From a virus (taxonomy: Duplodnaviria > Caudoviricetes): 52,708 nt of DNA. Location of the stretch: positions 1 to 52,708 of IMG/VR virus record IMGVR_UViG_3300012685_000003. One strand, 5' to 3'. The notes under the pieces were generated by a model, which had not been told where the DNA came from, made no database searches, and saw nothing but the letters and a program-made list of their open reading frames with translations. Positions 1 to 7,645 of the stretch are shown in pieces; the first letter of the stretch is position 1; each line of letters opens with the position of its first letter. A program made the translations under genes and the position numbers.

Positions 1-123
1 ACGATTAGTTTCGAGCCTTACGATTGGTCAGTAACTAGTTAACAACTAGCTAACGCGCGCGAATGTGGCGCTAGAGCCTCGCAAGGCTCCGTTAGCCATT
101 CGGTTGGGACAACGGAAAACGCT
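1..123. repeat. Terminal direct repeat, left copy (identical to 52586-52708); indicates a circular or complete assembly
   Basis: acgattagtttcgag...aacggaaaacgct is identical at both ends. Confidence 0.95.
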
Positions 124-148
124 AGAGCTGTAAGGGTTTTTAGAGGGT

Positions 149-163
149 GTGTCCAATTGACAC
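149..163. promoter_or_regulatory. GTGTC-N5-GACAC palindromic operator-like site
   Basis: gtgtc-caatt-gacac immediately upstream of the -35 at 168; the same motif recurs at 852, 873, 1510, 1546 and 11411. Confidence 0.6.
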
Positions 164-167
164 AGGC

Positions 168-196
168 TTGCTATTCATTAGAGCAAGTGTTATATT
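168..196 (+). promoter_or_regulatory. sigma70-type early promoter
   Basis: TTGCTA-17 nt-TATATT, upstream of the ORF starting at 256. Confidence 0.7.
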
Positions 197-255
197 TGGG
201 AAGATGGGGCGACATTCCGTCGCTAGCTCTTTCACAATCGTTTAGGGAGTGTGTT

Positions 256-660
256 ATGCGTTATCTTCGCTTCACGAAGCCAGTAGTTGGTAAGGTTGAG
301 GAACTTGGCGAGTTGTCCACGGAAGCCGAATATCCACAGTTTGATAGCGTAGCGGAGCTAATCGCTAGCGCGGGAGATGAGCCTAAATTCTTGGCTTATG
401 CTAACTCACGTATTCGTGCTAGCGTTAAGCAAGCAGTAACTAACGCTATCAATTCCGGCGACAAGGCACTCGGTAAGGATAAGATTCTCGCTGATGCTCG
501 CGCGGCGGGTCATGACTGGACTATCGCATCTGCACGTCAGCGCGGTCAAGGCGTTACCGCTAAGGCTCAGGTATTCGACGACATTATGGCGCGCGTTAGG
601 CGCGGCGAACAGGTTAGTCAAGAGGAACTCGCTACACTTGCTAGCCAGTTTGGAGCCTAG
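256..660 (+). CDS. Hypothetical early protein, 134 aa (start revised from 157 to ATG 256)
   Basis: AGGGAG RBS before ATG 256, own promoter, downstream hairpin, strong codon bias. Confidence 0.8.
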   Translation: MRYLRFTKPVVGKVEELGELSTEAEYPQFDSVAELIASAGDEPKFLAYANSRIRASVKQAVTNAINSGDKALGKDKILADARAAGHDWTIASARQRGQGVTAKAQVFDDIMARVRRGEQVSQEELATLASQFGA

Positions 661-712
661 TAGAACACTAGCTAAGGTAGCTAGTTGGTAGTGTAGTGTG
701 AAGCACATAGAT

Positions 713-750
713 AGCCCCTAGTGCTAGTATAGGCTAGGGGCATTTATGTT
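713..750 (+). terminator. Probable intrinsic terminator
   Basis: gcccctag...ctaggggc stem followed by atttatgtt. Confidence 0.5.
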
Positions 751-769
751 ACTAACGAGTTAACGATTA

Positions 770-1115
770 GTCATTCCAATTATTCCCAATTCTTCCAACC
801 AACTCAATTAATCCAACCAATTGGTTGGAGGGGGGGGCCTCCCCCCGTCCCGTGTCCGGTGGGACACAAGGTGTGTCATAAGGACACGAAAATGCAAGAA
901 CTAGCAGCGTTCCATGAGTAAACGCATAACGTGTCCAGTGGGCTTAAGACATTAAAAAAAAATATATATAATAACTATACACCTAGCTTTGACGCTGTAA
1001 TAATCCTGTCATGGAACCTTCGGGAAAGACCCGAAAAGGGTCAAAAAGGGAAAGGGAGGGAGGAGGGGGGGGTGTCCAACCAATTGGTTGGTGGAGTTGG
1101 TTGGCGTTGGAAAAT
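770..1115. other. Non-coding repeat-rich region, candidate replication origin
   Basis: Two CCAACCAATTGGTTGG palindromes with G/C tracts in inverted arrangement, flanking an AT-only core at ~951-980. Confidence 0.45.
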
Positions 1116-1146
1116 CTATTTGTTTACTCATTAAGAGAGGGGTAAC

Positions 1147-1377
1147 ATGAAATACGGCGAGCCACTACCTAACTATAGCAGGATATATCCTGACAGAGCA
1201 AGATACTACCAATGGCAATCAAAGAAACACATTATTAAGGATGGCGTCGTTGAACTAACAGAGTCATGTAGCCCAAAACTAGGTTGTCCCTATTATTCAC
1301 ACAACCCTGGTCGATTTCATGGAGTCTATTGGGCATGGGACAGAAGTTTAGGTGCTTGGGTGCATTATGCACGCTAA
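1147..1377 (+). CDS. Hypothetical protein
   Basis: ORF with GAGGGG RBS. Confidence 0.65.
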   Translation: MKYGEPLPNYSRIYPDRARYYQWQSKKHIIKDGVVELTESCSPKLGCPYYSHNPGRFHGVYWAWDRSLGAWVHYAR

Positions 1378-1504
1378 TATACAAATATCTGGAAATGACT
1401 TAAGGCTAATGTATTATTATCTTACACATCCAGAAGAAATCGCTAATAGTTTAGTAGAACTTCCTAATCTACTCGACAGAATTGAAAGGAAGCTAAACGA
1501 GTAA
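1367..1504 (+). CDS. Small hypothetical protein, 45 aa (MHANIQISGND...), not in ORF track
   Basis: Read manually; overlaps the end of the previous ORF. Confidence 0.5.
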   Translation: MHANIQISGNDLRLMYYYLTHPEEIANSLVELPNLLDRIERKLNE

Positions 1505-1577
1505 TAACCGTGTCGAAAGGACACATATTATAACTCATTAGTAATGTGTCCAAATGGACACTGACAAAATGACACAC

Positions 1578-1606
1578 TTGACTTCCAATTGGGAAAGTGG
1601 TATATT
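1578..1606 (+). promoter_or_regulatory. Strong sigma70-type promoter with extended -10
   Basis: TTGACT-17 nt-TATATT with TG at -15/-14, preceded by two GTGTC-Nn-GACAC sites. Confidence 0.8.
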
Positions 1607-1709
1607 AGCAGGTTCACATTCTGTCCAACAATTGGAGGGAGCTATGCGGTAAACTACTAACTTTTAATGTAGTAGTTTAATTGTGTAGTCAATTGTGTAG
1701 CGAACAAGG

Positions 1710-1794
1710 TGCCTAGGCTATTCTAGATAGCTGAGCCAGTAGGCTAACCAATGCTTTTGCCTCACTGGTCATAGGTGCAAATCCTATCTAGGCA
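1710..1794 (+). ncRNA. tRNA-like RNA 1, no canonical anticodon arm
   Basis: Acceptor tgcctag/ctaggca; D-like hairpin gctat/atagc; long arm ccagt-aggc/gcct-c-actgg; T-arm atagg-tgcaaat-cctat. Confidence 0.6.
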
Positions 1795-1797
1795 ATT

Positions 1798-1875
1798 AGG
1801 TTAGCTAGAGTGATAGGGTAGGCTGCGCGTTATGAGAATGGCTATAACGTTAGATGCCAAACCGCTAGCTAACCT
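1798..1875 (+). ncRNA. Structured RNA or long hairpin
   Basis: 11-bp closing stem aggttagctag/ctagctaacct, inner cgttat/ataacg stem, T-rich tail. Confidence 0.45.
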
Positions 1876-1903
1876 TTCATTTTTCAATGGAGGTTAACGC
1901 AAA

Positions 1904-2113
1904 ATGACAATTTGGCGCAGAACATGCCAAGAATGTGGACACAAGCAATACGATAATGACCCTACAGGAATGAATGCAACTAGCTTCGGACGATTTCAAG
2001 ATAGAAAATGCAAAAAGTGTAAGAGTGAAGCACTAGACTATGGAACAGAGGAGATAACAGATAAACAGAAAGATGAAAACGCTAGATTAGAGTTAGAGGA
2101 GCTAGAACAATGA
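1904..2113 (+). CDS. Zn-ribbon protein
   Basis: CQEC...CKKC motifs; GGAGG RBS. Confidence 0.75.
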   Translation: MTIWRRTCQECGHKQYDNDPTGMNATSFGRFQDRKCKKCKSEALDYGTEEITDKQKDENARLELEELEQ

Positions 2114-2712
2114 ACGAAGTTACTTACAAGATGATTGATGATGTAACTCAACGTATAGCTTATAAATTGGGTAAGGAATACGGGCTAATTGACAGAGATT
2201 TCGTTATCAAGTTCTGGCCCGTTAGAAAATTCGACTACGTTATCAAGTCTGGCGGAGTTATTCGAGTGTATTTCACTCACACTCCAAAGTTTGTAGAATA
2301 TGAGACAATGTTAAGGCGCTGCTTACAACAAGTAGCCCTTATCAAGAAAAATAAGAAAACAGGAATCATCGTTTATGGTTCAGATAAGTTAATGAACGAT
2401 GAATTGCACAAGTTAGCACCAGAATGGGAACAGTTACCAGTTCTATTACCATTTGACCAGTTGAGATTTACAACAGAATATAAAGTTAGCATGACTCATC
2501 GTAAAACTGGTCTCACTGTTGTGAAAGAGGGACACATTGGGAAGAACGGTAAAACTATCCCAAGGTTAATGATAGACGCAAGATTAGAGCTAAGTGACCT
2601 AGTAAGTGCATTAGAGAAGGCTAGAGCTGAGGTAGAAAAAGATAAAGTGTTAGAATTAGATAGTGAGAGATTGAAATTAGCCAACTATGGTGACAGTGAG
2701 AGTGAACACTAA
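2110..2712 (+). CDS. Hypothetical protein
   Basis: 200-aa ORF, ATGA-coupled to the previous gene. Confidence 0.75.
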   Translation: MNEVTYKMIDDVTQRIAYKLGKEYGLIDRDFVIKFWPVRKFDYVIKSGGVIRVYFTHTPKFVEYETMLRRCLQQVALIKKNKKTGIIVYGSDKLMNDELHKLAPEWEQLPVLLPFDQLRFTTEYKVSMTHRKTGLTVVKEGHIGKNGKTIPRLMIDARLELSDLVSALEKARAEVEKDKVLELDSERLKLANYGDSESEH

Positions 2713-2742
2713 ACGCGAGAAAGGAATTAGTGGTTAGTTAGT

Positions 2743-2952
2743 ATGTTGAACATTAACGATAGTGTTTATGCTTTTGCTAGTAGGGAAAGTAGCGACGTTT
2801 ACGACGGGCGTCCGTGTTCTGTTCCTGTAGATAGAGGATACGTAACTCGCTTGCACGATGATTACATAGAAATGTTTAGTTTAATTAACAAGCGTAAAGA
2901 ATGGTACAAGAGAGATAGAGTAGTAAGTGCTAAGAAGTTAAATACAGTTTAA
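2743..2952 (+). CDS. Hypothetical protein
   Basis: 69-aa ORF in operon orientation. Confidence 0.6.
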   Translation: MLNINDSVYAFASRESSDVYDGRPCSVPVDRGYVTRLHDDYIEMFSLINKRKEWYKRDRVVSAKKLNTV

Positions 2953-2994
2953 GTCAGGTTCTCACTTAGTTCCTGTGAAGTAAAAAGTGAGTGA

Positions 2995-3088
2995 TTAGCT
3001 AGCCTCGTACGAGGCAATTGGACCTAACCGGCTACCCACTCTACGTGGCCCGTTGTTAGGGTGTAAGGTTCGAGTCCTTACTAGCTAA
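2995..3088 (+). ncRNA. tRNA-like RNA 2
   Basis: Acceptor ttagcta/tagctaa; hairpin gcctc-gtac-gaggc; long arm cctaac..ggctac/gtggcc..gttagg; T-arm gtaagg-TTCGAGT-ccttac. Confidence 0.7.
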
Positions 3089-3089
3089 C

Positions 3090-3166
3090 TATAGCGTCGC
3101 TGGCACGGTTGCCTACTTGTCTTATTAGACTAAGTAGCTTAATGGGTTCGAGTCCCTGACGCTATA
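3090..3166 (+). ncRNA. tRNA-like RNA 3, tandem with RNA 2
   Basis: Acceptor tatagcgtc/gacgctata; hairpin ggca/tgcc; arm ctactt-gtct-tatt-agac-t-aagtag; T-arm ggg-TTCGAGT-ccc. Confidence 0.65.
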
Positions 3167-3209
3167 ATCGTTTTATTGTAAAGTAACCTTAACATTATCG
3201 TAAGGGGAT

Positions 3210-5351
3210 ATGTCACAAGATGAGATAGAGAAGATACGAGCGAGAGAGGAGTTTATAACTCGCGAGCTAGCACAGTTAAAGTTAAATAGAGAAGCGTTAG
3301 AGTTAAAGTTAAAGAGTGAATTAAATGTAGTGATAACCGCAAACTCAGTTTCAGAGGGTGCGGTTATTTTGGCTATTAGTGATGTTAGAGATGACATTCT
3401 GGATATTCTAAGGAAAACGCCCGGCAGATTTTTCCGTTACCAGAACAATTTACCCGTTAATGAGATTCCTTTAGAGAGCTGGAAGAACTTTCATAGTGAG
3501 CTAATAAAGCTCCCAAAAATCGACTTCGCATTTAAAGATGGAACTAAAGAGAAGATAGATAGCGTGCTAAACGCTCCACGTTGGACCATTGCTATATCAG
3601 AAAACAAAAAATGGTTAGATGTAAAGCTAGGATATAAAGTTAGTCCTAATCCGTTAAGCTATAACACAGTAGGAACAACTTTTCACAATGCTAGCCAAAC
3701 CTACCGTGTTCAACTCACGGAAGGTGTTAAGTTATGGCGGGCATTAGAGAAAGAAGAACAAGTAATTTGGAGTGACGAAGCTAAGGATATGATACTATCT
3801 GATATTGAACGTAGAGAGAGGTTAGATAGTATCGCACTCAAGACAGATTCACCTAGTTATGGTAGTTTGATTAACTTTAAAGATGAAAAGGTTAAGTTAA
3901 GAGGATTCCAAGAAGTTGGCGTAGAATTCGCTGAAGCAGCTAACGACAGCTTGATACTAGCTGACCAAATGGGACTAGGTAAAACTATTCAGAAGATAGC
4001 TAGTTTCATGTTACTAGATGCAAAGTTAAATGGTAACGCTCGAATGGCCGTAATTTGTCCAGCTAGCGTCAAGATTAACTGGATGAGAGAAATAGAAAGG
4101 TTAACTGGAATAGTGCCCGGCGTATTCTCAGGGAGTGAGCCAGGAGTACGTGATTTAGAGAGATTAGTAGTTAGTAAGTCAGACAAGATTTGCATATTTA
4201 ACTATGACATACTAGCAAGAGTTAAGGATACATTCAAGAGTGTTAAGGATGAACACGGTAATGAGTTTAGACAAGATGTTGTCAAGCGTTATCTATGGGT
4301 GGATTTGATTAACGCAAGTAACTTCGATACAATTGCAGTTGACGAAGCACACTATATAAAGAATACCGATAGTCAGCGTTCGGTAGCAGTAAGAATGTTA
4401 AAGTGTCCTAGGATAACATTTATGACGGGCACTCCCGTATTGAACAGACCCGGTGAACTCTGGCCAATGCTTACGATGTTAGCGCCAGATTTGTTTCCAA
4501 GTGAGGAGAGATTCCTAAGTAGATATACCTTTAACAACAAAGAAGCTAGAAACGTGGAAGAACTAAGGGGATTAGTTAAGCCTTATCTATTGCGCCGTAG
4601 GAAGAAAGATGTAATGAAAGATTTACCGGCTATTGAGCGTATTACAGACTACCATGAAATGAGTCCCAAAGCTTGGAAGTTATACGAGAAGATATTACAA
4701 GGTGTCTATATAGCGTTAGACGCATGGAATCCGGGTCAAGCTGGCGCCGAACAACGTGTGCCTAACATCTTAGCTCAAATAATGAGATTGAAGCAAGTTT
4801 GCGCAATTGATAAACTTGATAGAGTAGCTGAACTCGCTACAGAGTTATACGACACACATGAGAACGGAGGAGCTAGTAAGGTAATAGTGTTCTCTCAATT
4901 CAAGCCAATTGCACATGGTATTCACAAGAGACTAGGTAATGAGAGTGTTGTATTAACTGGTGATGTTAGCGGTGAAGGTGAGAGGCAGAAAATTGTAGAT
5001 GAATTTCAAAATAACCCAAATGTTCATTTCCTTTGTGGAACATGGCAAGTAATGGGGGAGGGCCGTAATTTAACAGCAGCGGGCTACGTGATATTTAGTG
5101 ACCTATTCTGGACCCCAGCTAACCACCAACAGTGTGAGGAGAGATGCTACGGTAGAGTTGGAGATATGCATGGTGCTACATCATATTATGTAGTGGTAAA
5201 GGATACGATTGAAGATTGGATTCAAGACATACTAGCGCGTAAGTTGAGAGTAATTGAACAAGTTGTAGAGGGATATGATAGTGATAGAACAGTTAGTATC
5301 GCAAGCGAATTGTTAAGTAAGATGAAAAATGAAATGAGAAAGGGAAGATAA
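3210..5351 (+). CDS. SNF2/SWI2-family SF2 helicase/translocase
   Basis: LADQMGLGKT (motif I), DEAH, TGTP, LRRRKKDV, QCEERCYGR. Confidence 0.92.
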   Translation: MSQDEIEKIRAREEFITRELAQLKLNREALELKLKSELNVVITANSVSEGAVILAISDVRDDILDILRKTPGRFFRYQNNLPVNEIPLESWKNFHSELIKLPKIDFAFKDGTKEKIDSVLNAPRWTIAISENKKWLDVKLGYKVSPNPLSYNTVGTTFHNASQTYRVQLTEGVKLWRALEKEEQVIWSDEAKDMILSDIERRERLDSIALKTDSPSYGSLINFKDEKVKLRGFQEVGVEFAEAANDSLILADQMGLGKTIQKIASFMLLDAKLNGNARMAVICPASVKINWMREIERLTGIVPGVFSGSEPGVRDLERLVVSKSDKICIFNYDILARVKDTFKSVKDEHGNEFRQDVVKRYLWVDLINASNFDTIAVDEAHYIKNTDSQRSVAVRMLKCPRITFMTGTPVLNRPGELWPMLTMLAPDLFPSEERFLSRYTFNNKEARNVEELRGLVKPYLLRRRKKDVMKDLPAIERITDYHEMSPKAWKLYEKILQGVYIALDAWNPGQAGAEQRVPNILAQIMRLKQVCAIDKLDRVAELATELYDTHENGGASKVIVFSQFKPIAHGIHKRLGNESVVLTGDVSGEGERQKIVDEFQNNPNVHFLCGTWQVMGEGRNLTAAGYVIFSDLFWTPANHQQCEERCYGRVGDMHGATSYYVVVKDTIEDWIQDILARKLRVIEQVVEGYDSDRTVSIASELLSKMKNEMRKGR

Positions 5352-5512
5352 TGCCAGAACAAAAAGATTTATCAACACCTAGTGACTGGTCCGACGAAGA
5401 ATTAGTTAGAAAGATGCGAAGAATTAGAGATGATTTCTTTATGAGAGGTGAGGATGAAGATAAGGTAATGGTAGAAGCAATGGATAGAATTATTGCTAGG
5501 AGTAAACAGTGA
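5351..5512 (+). CDS. Small hypothetical protein (MPEQKDLSTP...), not in ORF track
   Basis: TAATG coupling with the helicase; fills the gap. Confidence 0.6.
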   Translation: MPEQKDLSTPSDWSDEELVRKMRRIRDDFFMRGEDEDKVMVEAMDRIIARSKQ

Positions 5513-5796
5513 CAAGTAACAACACTCAAGCTGTATTAGGATTAGCTAAGTTAGAGTCCAAACTTGGTGAATACGCCACAGTTAAGATAGCACGCAAAAC
5601 TGGATTAATATTCCTAGCATGGCAACATGGCTTCTGGTCACAATGGCACATTGCATTAAGAAACGATCTATCTAAGTTAAAGTGTAAAGATGTGCCCGGT
5701 AAGAAAGACCTCGTACAAACCAGTGATAGAGTTAAATTCGCAGATATTTGTAACAATTGTTTAATGAACTTGGGAAGGGAATTGGTTAGCAAGTGA
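5509..5796 (+). CDS. Hypothetical protein
   Basis: 95-aa ORF, GTGA-coupled, CxxC near C-terminus. Confidence 0.6.
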   Translation: MTSNNTQAVLGLAKLESKLGEYATVKIARKTGLIFLAWQHGFWSQWHIALRNDLSKLKCKDVPGKKDLVQTSDRVKFADICNNCLMNLGRELVSK

Positions 5797-5798
5797 AA

Positions 5799-5972
5799 AT
5801 GACTAACAAAAAAGAATACCTAGGTGATGGTGTCTATGCTGAAAATGATGATTATCACATTATCCTTAGCACAGATCGTGAAGGGCGAACAGAGAGAATT
5901 TATTTAGATGATTATGTTTATGAGGCGCTTATTGCATTTGTTAATAGAGAGAAAGGAAATATAAAAAGATGA
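5799..5972 (+). CDS. Small phage protein (MTNKKEYLGDGVYA...), not in ORF track
   Basis: 57-aa ORF read manually; YLGDGVY motif recalled from phage hypothetical proteins. Confidence 0.65.
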   Translation: MTNKKEYLGDGVYAENDDYHIILSTDREGRTERIYLDDYVYEALIAFVNREKGNIKR

Positions 5973-6238
5973 ACAACGACCACACACCGAAAGCTAAAGA
6001 ACCTTGGGAGTTAGGTACTAAGATAAGTGGAGTAGATTTTGCATTCCAACCAACTCCACCCAATATCTTAACTAGAGATAAACGACGTGAAAAGAGAAAG
6101 TTAACTAAGCTAGAAACAATGAGGAAAAGAGGATTGTTACAAGAATGAAAAATATTTATTACGCTATTAAAGGATTTTGGATTCAGTTCAGAAATAGTTT
6201 TAAATACTTATTCAAAGAGTGGATAGAAGTAGGAAAAC

Positions 6239-6448
6239 GTGGTTACGATGATAGATAAAATGGCCTCATCTCATCGTCGCATGTTGTTAAAACAAGCTGC
6301 AAGCGGTGAACGTGAGCTAGCAAGCGATGTAATAGCGAGAATAGCACTTGACGAGATTGCTGAGTTAGACGATCAAATTACAATACTGAAAACTGAACAA
6401 GCCGCTTCACTCAAGTTGTATAGATCAACAACTACAATGAAAGGTTAA
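6239..6448 (+). CDS. Hypothetical protein
   Basis: ORF track; helical, coiled-coil-like. Confidence 0.55.
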   Translation: MVTMIDKMASSHRRMLLKQAASGERELASDVIARIALDEIAELDDQITILKTEQAASLKLYRSTTTMKG

Positions 6449-6460
6449 GGTGTTAACAAG

Positions 6461-6790
6461 ATGCCTCGTCAAGATGTAACGAAACTCCTATCTAGCACCA
6501 TAAAAGAATTCGCAACATTTAAGGATGAAGATGTTAGAGATGGTCTACTCAATGTGCTAGAAGCATTAGATACAGATTTAGAAGCTATTGAGTATGGACA
6601 AAGTGACGAAGTTAATGATAAGATGGCGTTGTTATTTGCAGCTAATGGAGATGCTAGAGAGAATGAAGATATTGAAGAACAGCCCGCCGTAGCTAAGAAG
6701 AACGTTAAAGAGGAAGATGAAGATGAGGAACCAGAGTTAGATGATGAGGAAGATGAGGATGAACCAGAAGATAAGGATGAAGAAGAATAA
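6461..6790 (+). CDS. Highly acidic protein
   Basis: C-terminal EEDEDEEPELDDEEDEDEPEDKDEEE. Confidence 0.75.
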   Translation: MPRQDVTKLLSSTIKEFATFKDEDVRDGLLNVLEALDTDLEAIEYGQSDEVNDKMALLFAANGDARENEDIEEQPAVAKKNVKEEDEDEEPELDDEEDEDEPEDKDEEE

Positions 6791-6808
6791 TATCTAAGCA
6801 GTAAGGTA

Positions 6809-6897
6809 GCCCGTCGTTTAATTGGCAAGACTTACACAACGCTGGAGAGCCTTTAAATCCGATTGTGTGAATCTAAGGTTCGAACCCTTAGCGGGCA
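6809..6897 (+). ncRNA. tRNA-like RNA 4: canonical-looking D- and T-arms, expanded anticodon arm
   Basis: gcccg/cgggc-a acceptor; GTTT-AATTGGCA-AGAC D-arm; ttacacaa/ttgtgtga stem enclosing 23 nt; ctaagg-TTCGAAC-ccttag T-arm. Confidence 0.7.
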
Positions 6898-6900
6898 ATT

Positions 6901-7059
6901 ATGATAACACCGATAGATATTGAACTACCAAATGGTGAAACAGTTCGTATTGAGCAATTACAAGGAATGGATGAAAATACACTTGCCATTCATTCGTATG
7001 CAAATATTACAATAACTCCACACGCATTCAATTTTATCTCAATAAAGGTTGAAAGATAA
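6901..7059 (+). CDS. Small hypothetical protein (MITPIDIELPNG...), not in ORF track
   Basis: Read manually; TAATG-coupled to the next gene. Confidence 0.55.
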   Translation: MITPIDIELPNGETVRIEQLQGMDENTLAIHSYANITITPHAFNFISIKVER

Positions 7060-7463
7060 TGGCCCTAATTAATCAAGACGAACCAGAAGTATTAAAAAGT
7101 TCCACCGTAAAAGCGTCAACTCCTGATGGTTCCATGTTCTTTACTATTATAGAGAATAATGGTAAACCAGTTGGAGTCGATATTCTTATAGGGAAGGGTG
7201 GTTCTTCTGTCCAAGCATGGGCACAATCACTCTCGCGTGTAATCACGCTTGCCCTCCGTAACGGAGTAGATATTTCTACGGTTGCAGAGGAAATATCAAA
7301 CATAACTAGTGATAGATTAGCATTCAATGGTGATCGTGCAGTTCGATCAGTACCAGACGCAATTGCACAATCAATCTTAATCTATCTAGCTAGTAAAATT
7401 CCTACTATTGACAGAAGGCGACGTAGAAAAGGACCAACCGTGTTCGGGGAGGAAGTTGGTTAA
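7059..7463 (+). CDS. Stand-alone TSCPD-like domain (C-terminal domain of class II ribonucleotide reductase)
   Basis: TPDGSMFFTI..GKP....IGKGGS...LSRVITLALRNGV...SVPDAIA matches the NrdJ C-terminal domain pattern. Confidence 0.75.
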   Translation: MALINQDEPEVLKSSTVKASTPDGSMFFTIIENNGKPVGVDILIGKGGSSVQAWAQSLSRVITLALRNGVDISTVAEEISNITSDRLAFNGDRAVRSVPDAIAQSILIYLASKIPTIDRRRRRKGPTVFGEEVG

Positions 7464-7645
7464 TGTGGACATATGAGTTATTAAATAGATCAGGTAACGT
7501 ATTATTTGTTATCTATCACGACAACGAAACAATTGGTTCTTTACAATTTCCCGAAGATAACAAGGAGTATATAGAGTTATGGAAACTAGCGATAGATCAG
7601 ATGAACCGCCCGCCAGAGAAATTAGACCCGAACCAGAGAAGTTGA
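7463..7645 (+). CDS. Hypothetical protein
   Basis: TAATG-coupled ORF. Confidence 0.55.
   Translation: MWTYELLNRSGNVLFVIYHDNETIGSLQFPEDNKEYIELWKLAIDQMNRPPEKLDPNQRS

Noticed and set aside
1-123. 123-bp repeat as the biological terminal repeat
   Set aside because: It begins in the middle of an ORF (52478-52627) and its length is typical of assembler overlap; treated as evidence of circularity only.
157-255. N-terminal extension of the first ORF from TTG 157
   Set aside because: It overlaps the operator and promoter; the RBS supports ATG 256.
931-1134. 67-aa ORF
   Set aside because: It runs through homopolymer and palindromic repeats of the origin-like region with no RBS; probably non-coding.
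6469-6828. Poly-Ser ORF on the minus strand
   Set aside because: Antisense shadow of the GAA/GAT-rich acidic gene.
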